From assembly GCA_001567365.1 (NCBI GenBank), contig JZEL01000012.1, positions 1,215 through 65,214 of the forward strand: DNA of 64,000 nt. Direction: 5' to 3'. This document shows positions 9,347 to 17,915 of this stretch, piece by piece (positions within the stretch are counted from its first letter, which is position 1; each line of letters begins with the position of its first letter). The notes below the pieces were generated by a model. The model was not told the origin of the DNA, made no database searches, and saw only the letters and a list, made by a program, of their open reading frames with translations. This DNA is from Parcubacteria bacterium OLB19. GTDB taxonomy: Bacteria > Patescibacteriota > Minisyncoccia > Phycocordibacterales > UBA918. Both the position numbers and the translations under genes were made by a program.

Positions 9347-10699
9347 ATGTATATGCAACAAGAAAAACTAAACGAAAAGAAGGAGAAGCCAATCACAAAG
9401 ACCTCAATCATTACACCAGAGGCAATCTACGAGATGGGCTTCAGTCGTGTTGAGAACAAGACCTATTTCTTCAAGGCAGACAGGCGTGGACTGACCGAAA
9501 GTTTCCTTGAGCAGGTAGAGATTGGCGGCAAGAAGTATATCCCGATACCACCAGACAATAATCTCGTGGACAAGGGCGTGGTTCTCTTTCCTTCAATGCC
9601 TCTGCCGTATGAAAGCGAGGCGGCAATCCTCAAAGAGATACAGGACTTCATCCACAAGCATCTCGACATCAGCGAGGTGTTCGAGCAGATAGCCACCTAT
9701 TACGTTCTCTTCACGTGGCTCTACGACAGGTTCAATGAGGTCCCATATCTCCGAGCCATCGGCGACTTTGGAAGCGGTAAATCACGCTTCCTACAAGCCA
9801 TTGGCATCCTCTGTTACAAGCCCATATTCACTGGAGGTGCGACTACGCCAAGTCCTATTTTCAGGATAGTGAACGAGGTCAAAGGCACACTCATCATTGA
9901 TGAAGCCGATTTCAAGTTCTCCGATATGACTTCTGAAATCGTGAAGATACTCAACACGGGATACCAGAAAGGCATACCCGTTCTGCGGTCCGAGGGTAAG
10001 GGCACGTTCGAGGTGAAAGCGTATGACGTGTTTTGTCCGAAAATCGTAGCCACTCGTGAGACCTTCTCCGACAAAGCCCTTGAAAGCAGGTTCTTGGTTG
10101 AGGAGATGGGTGCGGGAAAACTTCGTGACGGCATCCCACGAACGCTCGATGAGGACTTCTATCAGGATGCGGAAGCCATCCGAAACAAACTCTTGATGTG
10201 GCGGCTCAAAAACTACTTTCAGCCAATAGAACGCAAGGAGGAGTTGATTGACGGTATCCATCCACGACTGAACCAGATAGTCATACCGCTTCTTTCAATC
10301 ATCAAAGATGAGGACATCAGAAACCGTCTCAAGACCTTCATTATCCAATACAACACCGAACTCGTTGCGGACCGTGGTTTGTCTTGGGAAAGCGACATTG
10401 TGTTCGCCATCCTCAAACTTGAGTACGCAAAAGGCGTGTCCGAAGTCACGGTCAAAGAGATTACTGATGAAGTCAATCGAGAAAGCGAGATGGACGATGA
10501 CCGCCTTCAAGCACGCAAAGTGGGGTGGTACTTGCGAACAAAACTCCAACTCAAATCCTACAAGACCCGCAAGGGGTTTGTCCTTTCCTTCAAAGAGAAC
10601 CGCAAACGGTTGGATATGTGGAAGGAACGCTTTGGCATCACTGATGCCGACATACGAGGTGAACAAGTGAACGATGTGAACGTCTCTGAAAACTTTTAG
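9347..10699 (+). CDS. P-loop NTPase, putative primase/helicase-type replication or mobilisation protein of the island
   Basis: Walker A is GDFGSGKSRF and Walker B is TLIIDEADF. A downstream Asn motif VKILNTGY has SF3-like spacing. The 327-aa minus ORF 10295..11278 is its antisense shadow. Confidence 0.55.
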   Translation: MYMQQEKLNEKKEKPITKTSIITPEAIYEMGFSRVENKTYFFKADRRGLTESFLEQVEIGGKKYIPIPPDNNLVDKGVVLFPSMPLPYESEAAILKEIQDFIHKHLDISEVFEQIATYYVLFTWLYDRFNEVPYLRAIGDFGSGKSRFLQAIGILCYKPIFTGGATTPSPIFRIVNEVKGTLIIDEADFKFSDMTSEIVKILNTGYQKGIPVLRSEGKGTFEVKAYDVFCPKIVATRETFSDKALESRFLVEEMGAGKLRDGIPRTLDEDFYQDAEAIRNKLLMWRLKNYFQPIERKEELIDGIHPRLNQIVIPLLSIIKDEDIRNRLKTFIIQYNTELVADRGLSWESDIVFAILKLEYAKGVSEVTVKEITDEVNRESEMDDDRLQARKVGWYLRTKLQLKSYKTRKGFVLSFKENRKRLDMWKERFGITDADIRGEQVNDVNVSENF

Positions 10700-10717
10700 C
10701 AGATAACAAACAACACT

Positions 10718-11227
10718 ATGACAAACACAAAAGGTGGTCCAAAAACCGAAGAAGGAAAGGCAGTATCCCGCTTCAACGCCCTCAAGCACGGGCTGTTGAG
10801 CAAGGCGGTCCTGCTTGAAAGCGAGGATGCAAAAACGCTCAACGAACTCACTACGGGTATGCGTGAGGAGTTTAGCCCGCAAGGTCCTCTTGAAGAGATA
10901 CTTGTAGACAGGATTGTGTCCTGCTACTGGCGGCTCCGAAGGGCTGTGTGGGTCGAGAAGAACGCAATGGATTGGTATGAGGAGGATGAGGAGATGATGG
11001 TCTTCCCAGAGCCAGACGAGCAGGTAGCCCGCAAGCGTATCAAGAACACACTTGGAAACGACAGTATCGAAAAGGTGCTCCGATACGAGACCGCTATTGA
11101 GCGGAGTATGTTCCGTGCACTCCACGAACTTGAGAGGTTGCAAGCAAAAAGGAATGGCAAAGATACGCCAATCCCTGCTGTGGTTGATGTAACCGTGGAT
11201 AGTTCGTTTGGTAAAAACACTCTCTAA
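10718..11227 (+). CDS. Hypothetical protein (169 aa)
   Basis: Clean ORF in the GC-rich island with an ATG start. No recognisable motif. Confidence 0.4.
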   Translation: MTNTKGGPKTEEGKAVSRFNALKHGLLSKAVLLESEDAKTLNELTTGMREEFSPQGPLEEILVDRIVSCYWRLRRAVWVEKNAMDWYEEDEEMMVFPEPDEQVARKRIKNTLGNDSIEKVLRYETAIERSMFRALHELERLQAKRNGKDTPIPAVVDVTVDSSFGKNTL

Positions 11228-11284
11228 AAAGAAGTGAAAAAGAGCCAGAAACCCTATTGATTTCGGAAGAAAAAACACACGATT

Positions 11285-11902
11285 ATGAGTAAATCAGAAG
11301 CAGATTGGTGCAAAAAGATAGAAATATGGTGGCTCCTGAAGGGGGTCAAGGAAACAAATGGATACAAACGCTCCACGGTGTCTTGGGGTGAGAACGGCTC
11401 ACACGGAAGCATCACTGTTGAGGTATCCATTTGGGGCGATGAGAAATATGCCCGCTTCCTTTACAGTCAGACGGACCACAGCGGCGAGAAGAAGGATTTT
11501 GATTACAAGGTCCCGATTATTGAGACCCCGTGCCACTTTGGAGGTTCACGGTATTGGTTTCAGTGCTCGCTCTATAAAGCGGATAAATACTGCGGGCGGC
11601 GTGTTGGCGTTCTCTACAAGGACGGTGACTGGTTCGGATGCCGTCATTGCTACGAACTGACCTACAGTTCAAGGAACAAGGATAGACGATACAAGCACTA
11701 TCCGACTTTTCGAGTGCTCGAACTTCATCAGCAAATAGACAAACTCGAAGAGAAAGCGAAGCGATATACCTACAAAGGTAAGCCAACCAAGAAGCGTCAG
11801 AGGTTAGAGAAACTTTATCGTCAAACAATGTTCTACGTTCGTGCCTTCCGTGCAAGCGAGAAAGGTATTGATTTTGACGTATCTCGTGGTCGAGATTTTT
11901 AG
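11285..11902 (+). CDS. Hypothetical Cys-rich (zinc-ribbon-like) protein (205 aa)
   Basis: Cys pattern CHFGG...C(x14)CGRR...CRHC. Clean ORF. Confidence 0.4.
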   Translation: MSKSEADWCKKIEIWWLLKGVKETNGYKRSTVSWGENGSHGSITVEVSIWGDEKYARFLYSQTDHSGEKKDFDYKVPIIETPCHFGGSRYWFQCSLYKADKYCGRRVGVLYKDGDWFGCRHCYELTYSSRNKDRRYKHYPTFRVLELHQQIDKLEEKAKRYTYKGKPTKKRQRLEKLYRQTMFYVRAFRASEKGIDFDVSRGRDF

Positions 11903-11924
11903 TCGAAAATGTTATGATTAGTGG

Positions 11925-11993
11925 GCTACACAAAGGTGAATACGATGCTCCACGGTTTGAACCTAACGAGGGGCAACGCCCGCCTTTGTGTAG
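11925..11993. repeat. 12-bp inverted repeat pair (GCTACACAAAGG ... CCTTTGTGTAGC) with a 46-bp spacer, ~170 bp upstream of the recombinase gene
   Basis: Exact reverse-complement arms at 11925-11936 and 11983-11994. Confidence 0.35.
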
Positions 11994-12162
11994 CAACAGG
12001 GCATCAAAGCGTTGTCCCTCATTGAGTTCAAGCCAGCCCTTTTCCAAGGAAACGCTTGATGCTCTTGAAGAACTTGGCGACGTGCTCCGAGGTATCCGCC
12101 GCCGAATGATTGCCGAGGGATATGAACTGGTGAACGGTCATATCCAAAAGGTGCAATCGTAA

Positions 12163-13866
12163 ATGTATATGAAGAAAGCAAGCGTCAAAACAGAAAAGGA
12201 CCTCATTGAAGAGATACTCTCTGGCAAGTATCGTGATTTTTATTTGATATACAACCGCAAGAGTACAGACGAGGCGGACAACCAGAAGAACTCTATTTCA
12301 TACCAGAAGGCAGAAAACAGCCGCTACGCTGTGCGTGAGCGTCTGCCTATTGCTCAAATCACTCTCAAGGGGTTTAGTACGAACGGCATCATCTCCGAGA
12401 AGCACTCTGGCTTCAAGGAGGATTTTGACGTGATGATAAATGACGAAGGATTGGTTCAGTACCGCATTGACCGCCCGAAGTTCCAAAAGATGCTTCAGTT
12501 TGCCAGTCAGGGCTACTTCAAGGGTGTTGTGTGTCTTTGTTGGGACCGCATCAGCCGCAATAAAGGAGATGATACTGTCATACGCAAACTAATGCGTAAG
12601 GGTGTTGATTTCAGATTTGTATACGCCAACTACGACAAAACCAGTTCAGGTGCTCTGCATATGGACATTGACGGGATGTTCTCACAACATCACTCACGAG
12701 TAACCAGTGAGAAGGTCACGCTGACAACTCGCAACAATCGGGAGAAAGGTATCTGTACCTATCGTGCACCTATCGGCTATTTGAATGAAGGCAAAATGGA
12801 CCACAAGCCATTTGACCCTATGCGTGCACCAATCATCAAGAGGATGTTTGAACTCTACGACACAGGAGATTGGAGTTTGGCTGACATTGCCCGCTACGCC
12901 AACGAGCAGGGCTTCACGACTGTCCCTATGAGGCGAAGGAGAACAAAGGAAGAAATGCTCGATGAGGACTTTGAGATGGAAGAAATCCCACAGGTCTCAC
13001 GTCCCGTGACAGAGAACCATATCAGCCGCATCCTCACCAATCCGTTCTATACGGGAAAGGTCCTCAACTCTGAAGGTAGATATATTCCGAGCATCAGCCA
13101 CGAAGCACTGGTAGATGAAGAGGTATTCAATCGGGTCCAAGCCGTCCTCAAAAAGAAGCAGACGAGCATCCACTACACCGAGAAACTCGACCAACCGCTC
13201 CGAGGGATTGTACGTTGTGCACATTGTGAACGTGTATACACTCCTTACACCAAGAAAGGCATCCAGTATTACAACTCACGATGCACCAAGGATTGCCAGA
13301 ACACTCTCAAGAACATCAACTTTACCTTTCTCGCCGAGAAAATAGAGGGTCTGCTTTCGGGTCTCTACTTTACGGACGAAGAGATTGGACAGATGGACGC
13401 TCGCATCGGCACTGATGTTGCACTCCTTGAAGAAAAGCGACAGAAGGAGTTGGACCAGATGGAACGCAAGAAGCGAAAGATACGAGAGGACCTTGCATAC
13501 ATCCGCTCGAACAAACTCACGCTCCTCAAGACAGGCGTATACACGCCAGAAGGTCTCATCGAAGAGGAAGATAAGTTGAACGCCGAACTCGCCGACCTTC
13601 AAAGCAAGGAGCAGGTATCTGACGTTGCGATGCACGAGACAATGAAGGATGTTCAAAAACTTTCAGAACTCGTAAAAGAGGTTGTTCCTTATTACTCTTT
13701 TGCAAAACCGCACGAAAAGGAGGCAATCGTTCGTATTATTTTTTCAGAACTCTACCTTTCTGAAAATACGTTGAAATATAAATGCAAAACGCTTTCGAGT
13801 GTCTCGAAAGCCGTTTGCAACCTGTGTGTGACCCCACGGAGAATCGAACTCCGATTTGCAGGATGA
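12163..13866 (+). CDS. Large serine recombinase (integrase)
   Basis: The N-terminus has YLIYNRKSTDEADNQ, the catalytic Ser context Y-x-R-x-S-T-x-x-Q. Recombinase-domain features include CAHCERVYTPY...YYNSRCTKDC Zn-ribbon-like cysteines and a C-terminal coiled coil. The ORF tail overlaps the tRNA 3' end. Confidence 0.85.
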   Translation: MYMKKASVKTEKDLIEEILSGKYRDFYLIYNRKSTDEADNQKNSISYQKAENSRYAVRERLPIAQITLKGFSTNGIISEKHSGFKEDFDVMINDEGLVQYRIDRPKFQKMLQFASQGYFKGVVCLCWDRISRNKGDDTVIRKLMRKGVDFRFVYANYDKTSSGALHMDIDGMFSQHHSRVTSEKVTLTTRNNREKGICTYRAPIGYLNEGKMDHKPFDPMRAPIIKRMFELYDTGDWSLADIARYANEQGFTTVPMRRRRTKEEMLDEDFEMEEIPQVSRPVTENHISRILTNPFYTGKVLNSEGRYIPSISHEALVDEEVFNRVQAVLKKKQTSIHYTEKLDQPLRGIVRCAHCERVYTPYTKKGIQYYNSRCTKDCQNTLKNINFTFLAEKIEGLLSGLYFTDEEIGQMDARIGTDVALLEEKRQKELDQMERKKRKIREDLAYIRSNKLTLLKTGVYTPEGLIEEEDKLNAELADLQSKEQVSDVAMHETMKDVQKLSELVKEVVPYYSFAKPHEKEAIVRIIFSELYLSENTLKYKCKTLSSVSKAVCNLCVTPRRIELRFAG

Positions 13867-13900
13867 AAACCTGCTGTCCTAGCCGTTAGACGATGGGGCC
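13829..13900 (-). tRNA. tRNA-Glu (anticodon UUC)
   Basis: Minus-strand read: GGCCCCA-T-CGTCTAACGGCTAGGAC-AGCAGG-TTTTCAT-CCTGC-AAAT-CGGAGTTCGATTCTCCG-TGGGGTC-A. It has a 7-bp acceptor stem and a D-arm identical to bacterial tRNA-Glu. U33 and A37 flank the anticodon TTC. The T-loop is TTCGATT. CCA is not encoded. Confidence 0.8.
13877..13896. repeat. Direct repeat copy 1 (TCCTAGCCGTTAGACGATGG); the 5' half of the tRNA-Glu gene
   Basis: 20/20 identical to 14004-14023. Confidence 0.7.
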
Positions 13901-13944
13901 GAATATTTAATTGTACTTTGGACTTCATCGCTATTGGCGGTACC

Positions 13945-14001
13945 GGTTTTCATTGATGAAAACCATTCCTGCGGATAAAACAGTATCCCATACTGTTTTA
14001 T
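13945..14001. repeat. Two perfect hairpins between the tRNA and repeat copy 2: GGTTTTCAT-TG-ATGAAAACC and ATAAAACAGTAT-CCC-ATACTGTTTTAT
   Basis: 9-bp and 12-bp perfect stems read directly. Neither has an adjacent U-tract on either strand. Confidence 0.5.
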
Positions 14002-14003
14002 TA

Positions 14004-14023
14004 TCCTAGCCGTTAGACGATGG
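14004..14023. repeat. Direct repeat copy 2 (TCCTAGCCGTTAGACGATGG); an orphan tRNA 5'-half fragment and candidate att remnant
   Basis: 20-bp exact match. The flanking acceptor bases differ (GGCTCCA vs GGCCCCA). No matching 3' half follows, so this is a fragment and not a second tRNA. Confidence 0.7.
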
Positions 14024-14073
14024 AGCCTAAATACTCAATAAAGTTTTTTATTCTAGTCACTAAGATCAGAGCT

Positions 14074-14099
14074 AAAAAACCACTTGTTTACACAAGTGG
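14074..14099 (-). terminator. Rho-independent terminator downstream of the FAD-oxidase gene
   Basis: Hairpin CCACTTGT-TTAC-ACAAGTGG, followed on the minus strand by T6. Confidence 0.5.
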
Positions 14100-14146
14100 C
14101 ATATTTATAGCAGAAAACGGTAAATATGTGAAGAGGGGAGTTTGGG

Positions 14147-16082
14147 TTAATTTTTGGTGCGCATAGTAGACTTGATATCGAAGCGCGGATTGACCTTTTT
14201 GCCTGGATTAAAAATATCATCAGGATCAAAGATGTTTTCAGTTTGTACAAACAATTCAAGCATATTCTTGCTGAACATCTTGTTTAGATGCGGAGTGCGG
14301 ATAATACCATCATTATGTTCACCACAGATATTACCCTTATATTTAATGGCCGTATTAAAGAAACGTTCAGCCATTTTTTCTACCAGAAGTGGGGTGGTTT
14401 TTTGAGTAAAATCTAAAAGTGGGTAAAAGTGAAAATGCCCATCACCACCATGGCCATGCACAGCTGAAGTAACATTAAACTCCTTAAAAAGTTTTTTTGA
14501 TTTCTACAAAAAACTTAGACAAATTTTCTGGAGGAACTGTCATATCTTCAAGAAAAGCGGCTGGGCGCTTGCTAGAGTCTTGGAGTTTGGAAAGGGTATA
14601 GCTTGCTCGTCGTATTTGCCACAACATCTCCGCCTCGACACGACTAGTTACCACCCTGGCTCTAGTTTTACCAGTACTAATAGCGCTAACAATTTCATAA
14701 CGTTGATATTTATCGGTAGTAGCTTTGTCTAAAGTAATAAGCACTGTAAATTCTGGGGTTTTTCTACCATAACGCACATGATAGGTCGTATACATATTTA
14801 ACATGGTACGGTAATAGGATAGTCCAGATAAATATTTTTTGAAGAAGTCGGGATTCTTTAGTGCCAAATCAAAGGTTAGAGCGTCAAACAATTCTACATT
14901 AATCGGATTATATTCAAGTGCCTTAGTAATAACTCTTGCCGTGTCTTGCAAATCAAATACCGGTATCACCAAAAGCGTAGTATCATGCTCTATCGGCAAA
15001 GCGCGCATAGTCACACTGGTAACAATACCGATTGTACCTTGTCCACCAGTAATAAGCCGAGTTGGATCAAAGACACCTTTACCTTTCTTAAAGCTCTCTA
15101 CTCCATCAGGAAAAGCGTGCCATAAAGCATAACCAGCACTATTCTTCTTGGTCTTGGGTTTATTCTTCAAAATTTCTTTTTCATTTTTTTCTACCAACGA
15201 AAGTATATCTTGCAGAATACGAGCATATTCGTGTTTTTGTTTGGCGATAGTTTTATATTCTTTCCAATTTAATGGTTTTAGGGTGTAAGTGTTACCGTCA
15301 CACAAAACCACATCGAGAGACTCCACCCAATCAGCACAATGTCCATAGCGTAAAGAATCGGAACCCGCCGCATTATTTGCGATAGAACCACCGATACTAC
15401 AAATATCTTTTGAGGAAGGGAAAGGTGGTAAGTAAGCGTCGTATCGTTTTAAACGTTTTTCGACATCACGCCACATCGCTCCTGGTTCACACGTAATGGT
15501 AATTTTGTCTTTTTTCACACTCACTTCACCAATGTGATGCAAATGTGCACACATATCAATAACAACAGAGTCAGTTAAAGATCCGCCTCCAAGTCCAGTA
15601 CCAGCAGCGCGGGGTGTAAGCGAAAGAGAAGCAAAGCGTTTTGTCTCTCTAGCCACCACTTTTACCGCTATCTCAACATCAGTCTTATTTTTTGGCTGAA
15701 TAACCACTTGCGGACGAACTGAAAAAATACTTTCATCAGTACTATATTTTTCCAATACATGCTTATCAGTTGAAACTCCACCTCTAAAACCAGCTTCACG
15801 TAACATCTTTTCAATAAGAAGGTGCCCTAAGGGATTACGCTTAATGATTGATATAAGTGGTTTTGGGGAAACTTCTGGCAATTCAGGAGAAATAACCTTT
15901 TCGGTTTCCTTACTCTTTTTGGTTAGACGGACTTTGCTCGTAGCTTTGCTGGCTTTAGTTTTGATAGGAGTTTTTTTAACCTTTATAGTCTTAGCTTTCT
16001 CAACAACCACAGCTTTAGCTGTTCGCTTTGTTTTTGACTTAGCGCGCTTTACCAACAAAGCTGAGGAAGAGCTTTCGTTCAT
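14147..16082 (-). CDS. FAD-linked oxidase / FAD-binding dehydrogenase (GlcD-like) with a Lys/Ala-rich N-terminal tail. It is split into ORFs 14484..16082 and 14147..14461 by a frameshift at an A7 tract.
   Basis: The FAD_binding_4 region reads RPQVVIQPKNKTDVEIAVKVV...AAGTGLGGGS. The C-terminal piece carries HGHGGDGHFHF. Six instead of seven A at 14492-14498 fuses the two frames (...FVEIKKLFKEFNVTSAVHGHGGDG). Confidence 0.7.
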
Positions 16083-16130
16083 AGTTTTATTCTACCGCAT
16101 CTGATAGTAAAATATGTTACGCTATTCCAC

Positions 16131-17828
16131 ATGACTCAAGATACCGCTCTCTCAATTCTCAAAACTGGCGCCAATGTTTTTTTGACTGGCGAACCTGGTG
16201 CCGGCAAGACCTACACCATAAATCAATACATTCACTGGCTTGAAACAGCTGGACTTAATGTAGCCGTTACCGCTTCAACCGGTATCGCCGCCACTCACAT
16301 CGGTGGACTCACAATTCACTCTTGGAGTGGAGTTGGTACTCGCGACACTCTAACTCGTGGCGATCTAGATCTTATTGCCACTAATGAACGAGTGGTTAAA
16401 AGAGTTAAAAAAACTCATGTTCTGATTATAGATGAAATCTCAATGCTTGATGGAAAATTACTGGATATGGTTGATGTTATTTGTCGCACTATTCGTATGT
16501 CGACCGAAGCTTTTGGTGGTATGCAAGTGGTGTGTGTGGGTGATTTTTTTCAACTACCACCAATTGCTCGACCAGGTGAAATGATGCGTTACGCTTTTGA
16601 ATCACGAGCATGGGAAAATCTTCATCCTTTGGTTTGTTATTTAACCGACCAGTTCCGTCAAGAAGATGAACAGTTGCTAAATCTACTAAATTCAATTCGT
16701 CGTGGTGAAATTGAGGAGGAACATTTCACACTTCTCAAAGAACAAATTGATATTGCTTATGAGGACATAGACCCAACCAGACTTTACACTCACAACGCTG
16801 ATGTTGATACAGTAAATTTACAAAAATTATCTGAACTTTCAGGTAGTAGTAATAATTTTAAGATGAGTGGTAAAGGAAACAAAATTCTTCAGGAATCACT
16901 AATGCGTAACTGCTTATCTCCAGTTAATCTCAATCTAAAAGTTGAAGCAATGGTAATGTGTACCAAAAACAATTTTGAGGCTGGATACGTAAACGGCACT
17001 TTAGCACGCGTGGTTGATTTTGAACCTTTTGAAGGTTATCCAATAATTGAAACCGCCACCAAAAAACGTATCACCATAGAGCCAGTAAGTTGGGAAATAG
17101 CAGAAGAAGGAAAGGTGATTGCAGCAATAGAACAAGTACCCCTTCGTCTTGCTTGGGCGATTACCGTACACAAGAGTCAAGGCATGTCACTTGATGCTGT
17201 GGAAGTGGATTTATCAAAAGCCTTTGTCTATGGGCAGGGTTATGTAGCACTGTCTCGAGTCCGCACTTTGGCTGGTCTTAAAGTTTTGGGTATGAATCCG
17301 CAGGCGCTAATGGTTGATCCAAAAATCATTAAGGAAAATGAGCGTTTCAAACAAGAATCTGAAGCAGCGGAAGAAACTTTTGCCAATATGGAAGAAAAAG
17401 AAATCTCAGCTATGCATGAACGATTCGTAAAAGCCAATGGTGGTAAATTACCGAGTCAAGAAGAATTAAAAAGCCACAACAAAGGCGAGGTTGATCGTGT
17501 AAAAAAAGAAAGTACACAAAGTGAAACCAAGCGTTTACTTCAGGCTGGAAAAGATTTAGAAAGAATTGCCGAGGAAAGAAAATTAACAATCGCCACCATT
17601 GCTGGACACGTAGAAGATTTGATTGATAGCCAAGATTTAAAAATAGAAGAATTGGAAAATTTACTAATGCAGGATAAAAATTATCAAAAAACCAAATCTG
17701 AATTGTTTTCTATTTTTCAAAAAATTGGAACTGAAAAATTAAAGCCGATATACGAAGGGAATGACGGAAAATACGATTATATTACTATTAGACTCTTTAG
17801 GCTTTTGTACACAAATAAAAATATTTGA
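16131..17828 (+). CDS. Pif1/RecD-family 5'-3' DNA helicase with a C-terminal HTH domain
   Basis: Walker A is LTGEPGAGKTY and Walker B is LIIDEISM. RecD-like motifs include VCVGDFFQLPP and TVHKSQG. The C-terminal HTH region is RLLQAGKDLERIAEERKLTIATIAGHVEDL. Confidence 0.8.
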   Translation: MTQDTALSILKTGANVFLTGEPGAGKTYTINQYIHWLETAGLNVAVTASTGIAATHIGGLTIHSWSGVGTRDTLTRGDLDLIATNERVVKRVKKTHVLIIDEISMLDGKLLDMVDVICRTIRMSTEAFGGMQVVCVGDFFQLPPIARPGEMMRYAFESRAWENLHPLVCYLTDQFRQEDEQLLNLLNSIRRGEIEEEHFTLLKEQIDIAYEDIDPTRLYTHNADVDTVNLQKLSELSGSSNNFKMSGKGNKILQESLMRNCLSPVNLNLKVEAMVMCTKNNFEAGYVNGTLARVVDFEPFEGYPIIETATKKRITIEPVSWEIAEEGKVIAAIEQVPLRLAWAITVHKSQGMSLDAVEVDLSKAFVYGQGYVALSRVRTLAGLKVLGMNPQALMVDPKIIKENERFKQESEAAEETFANMEEKEISAMHERFVKANGGKLPSQEELKSHNKGEVDRVKKESTQSETKRLLQAGKDLERIAEERKLTIATIAGHVEDLIDSQDLKIEELENLLMQDKNYQKTKSELFSIFQKIGTEKLKPIYEGNDGKYDYITIRLFRLLYTNKNI

Positions 17829-17850
17829 TAGTTATACAAAAAATTAGTGC

Positions 17851-17856
17851 TATAAT
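17851..17856 (+). promoter_or_regulatory. Extended -10 element (TGcTATAAT) upstream of the secreted-protein gene
   Basis: TATAAT at 17851-17856, preceded by TGC. No good -35 at 17-bp spacing. Confidence 0.35.
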
Positions 17857-17915
17857 TATCGACAGTGGCCAGCAATGGTCTATTGTTATTGATTATTAGT
17901 TTTTTAACAATTTTT

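Noticed and set aside
10295-11278. Listed 327-aa minus-strand ORF
   Set aside because: It lies antisense to the NTPase gene, which has clear Walker A/B motifs, and to the 169-aa gene. It has no motifs. GC-rich DNA commonly gives long antisense ORFs.
13276-13656. Listed minus-strand ORFs inside the recombinase gene
   Set aside because: They are antisense shadows. The + frame carries the serine-recombinase catalytic and Zn-ribbon motifs.
14004-14030. A second tRNA gene
   Set aside because: Only the acceptor 5' strand and D-arm are present. No anticodon arm, T-arm or complementary 3' acceptor strand follows. It is a fragment.
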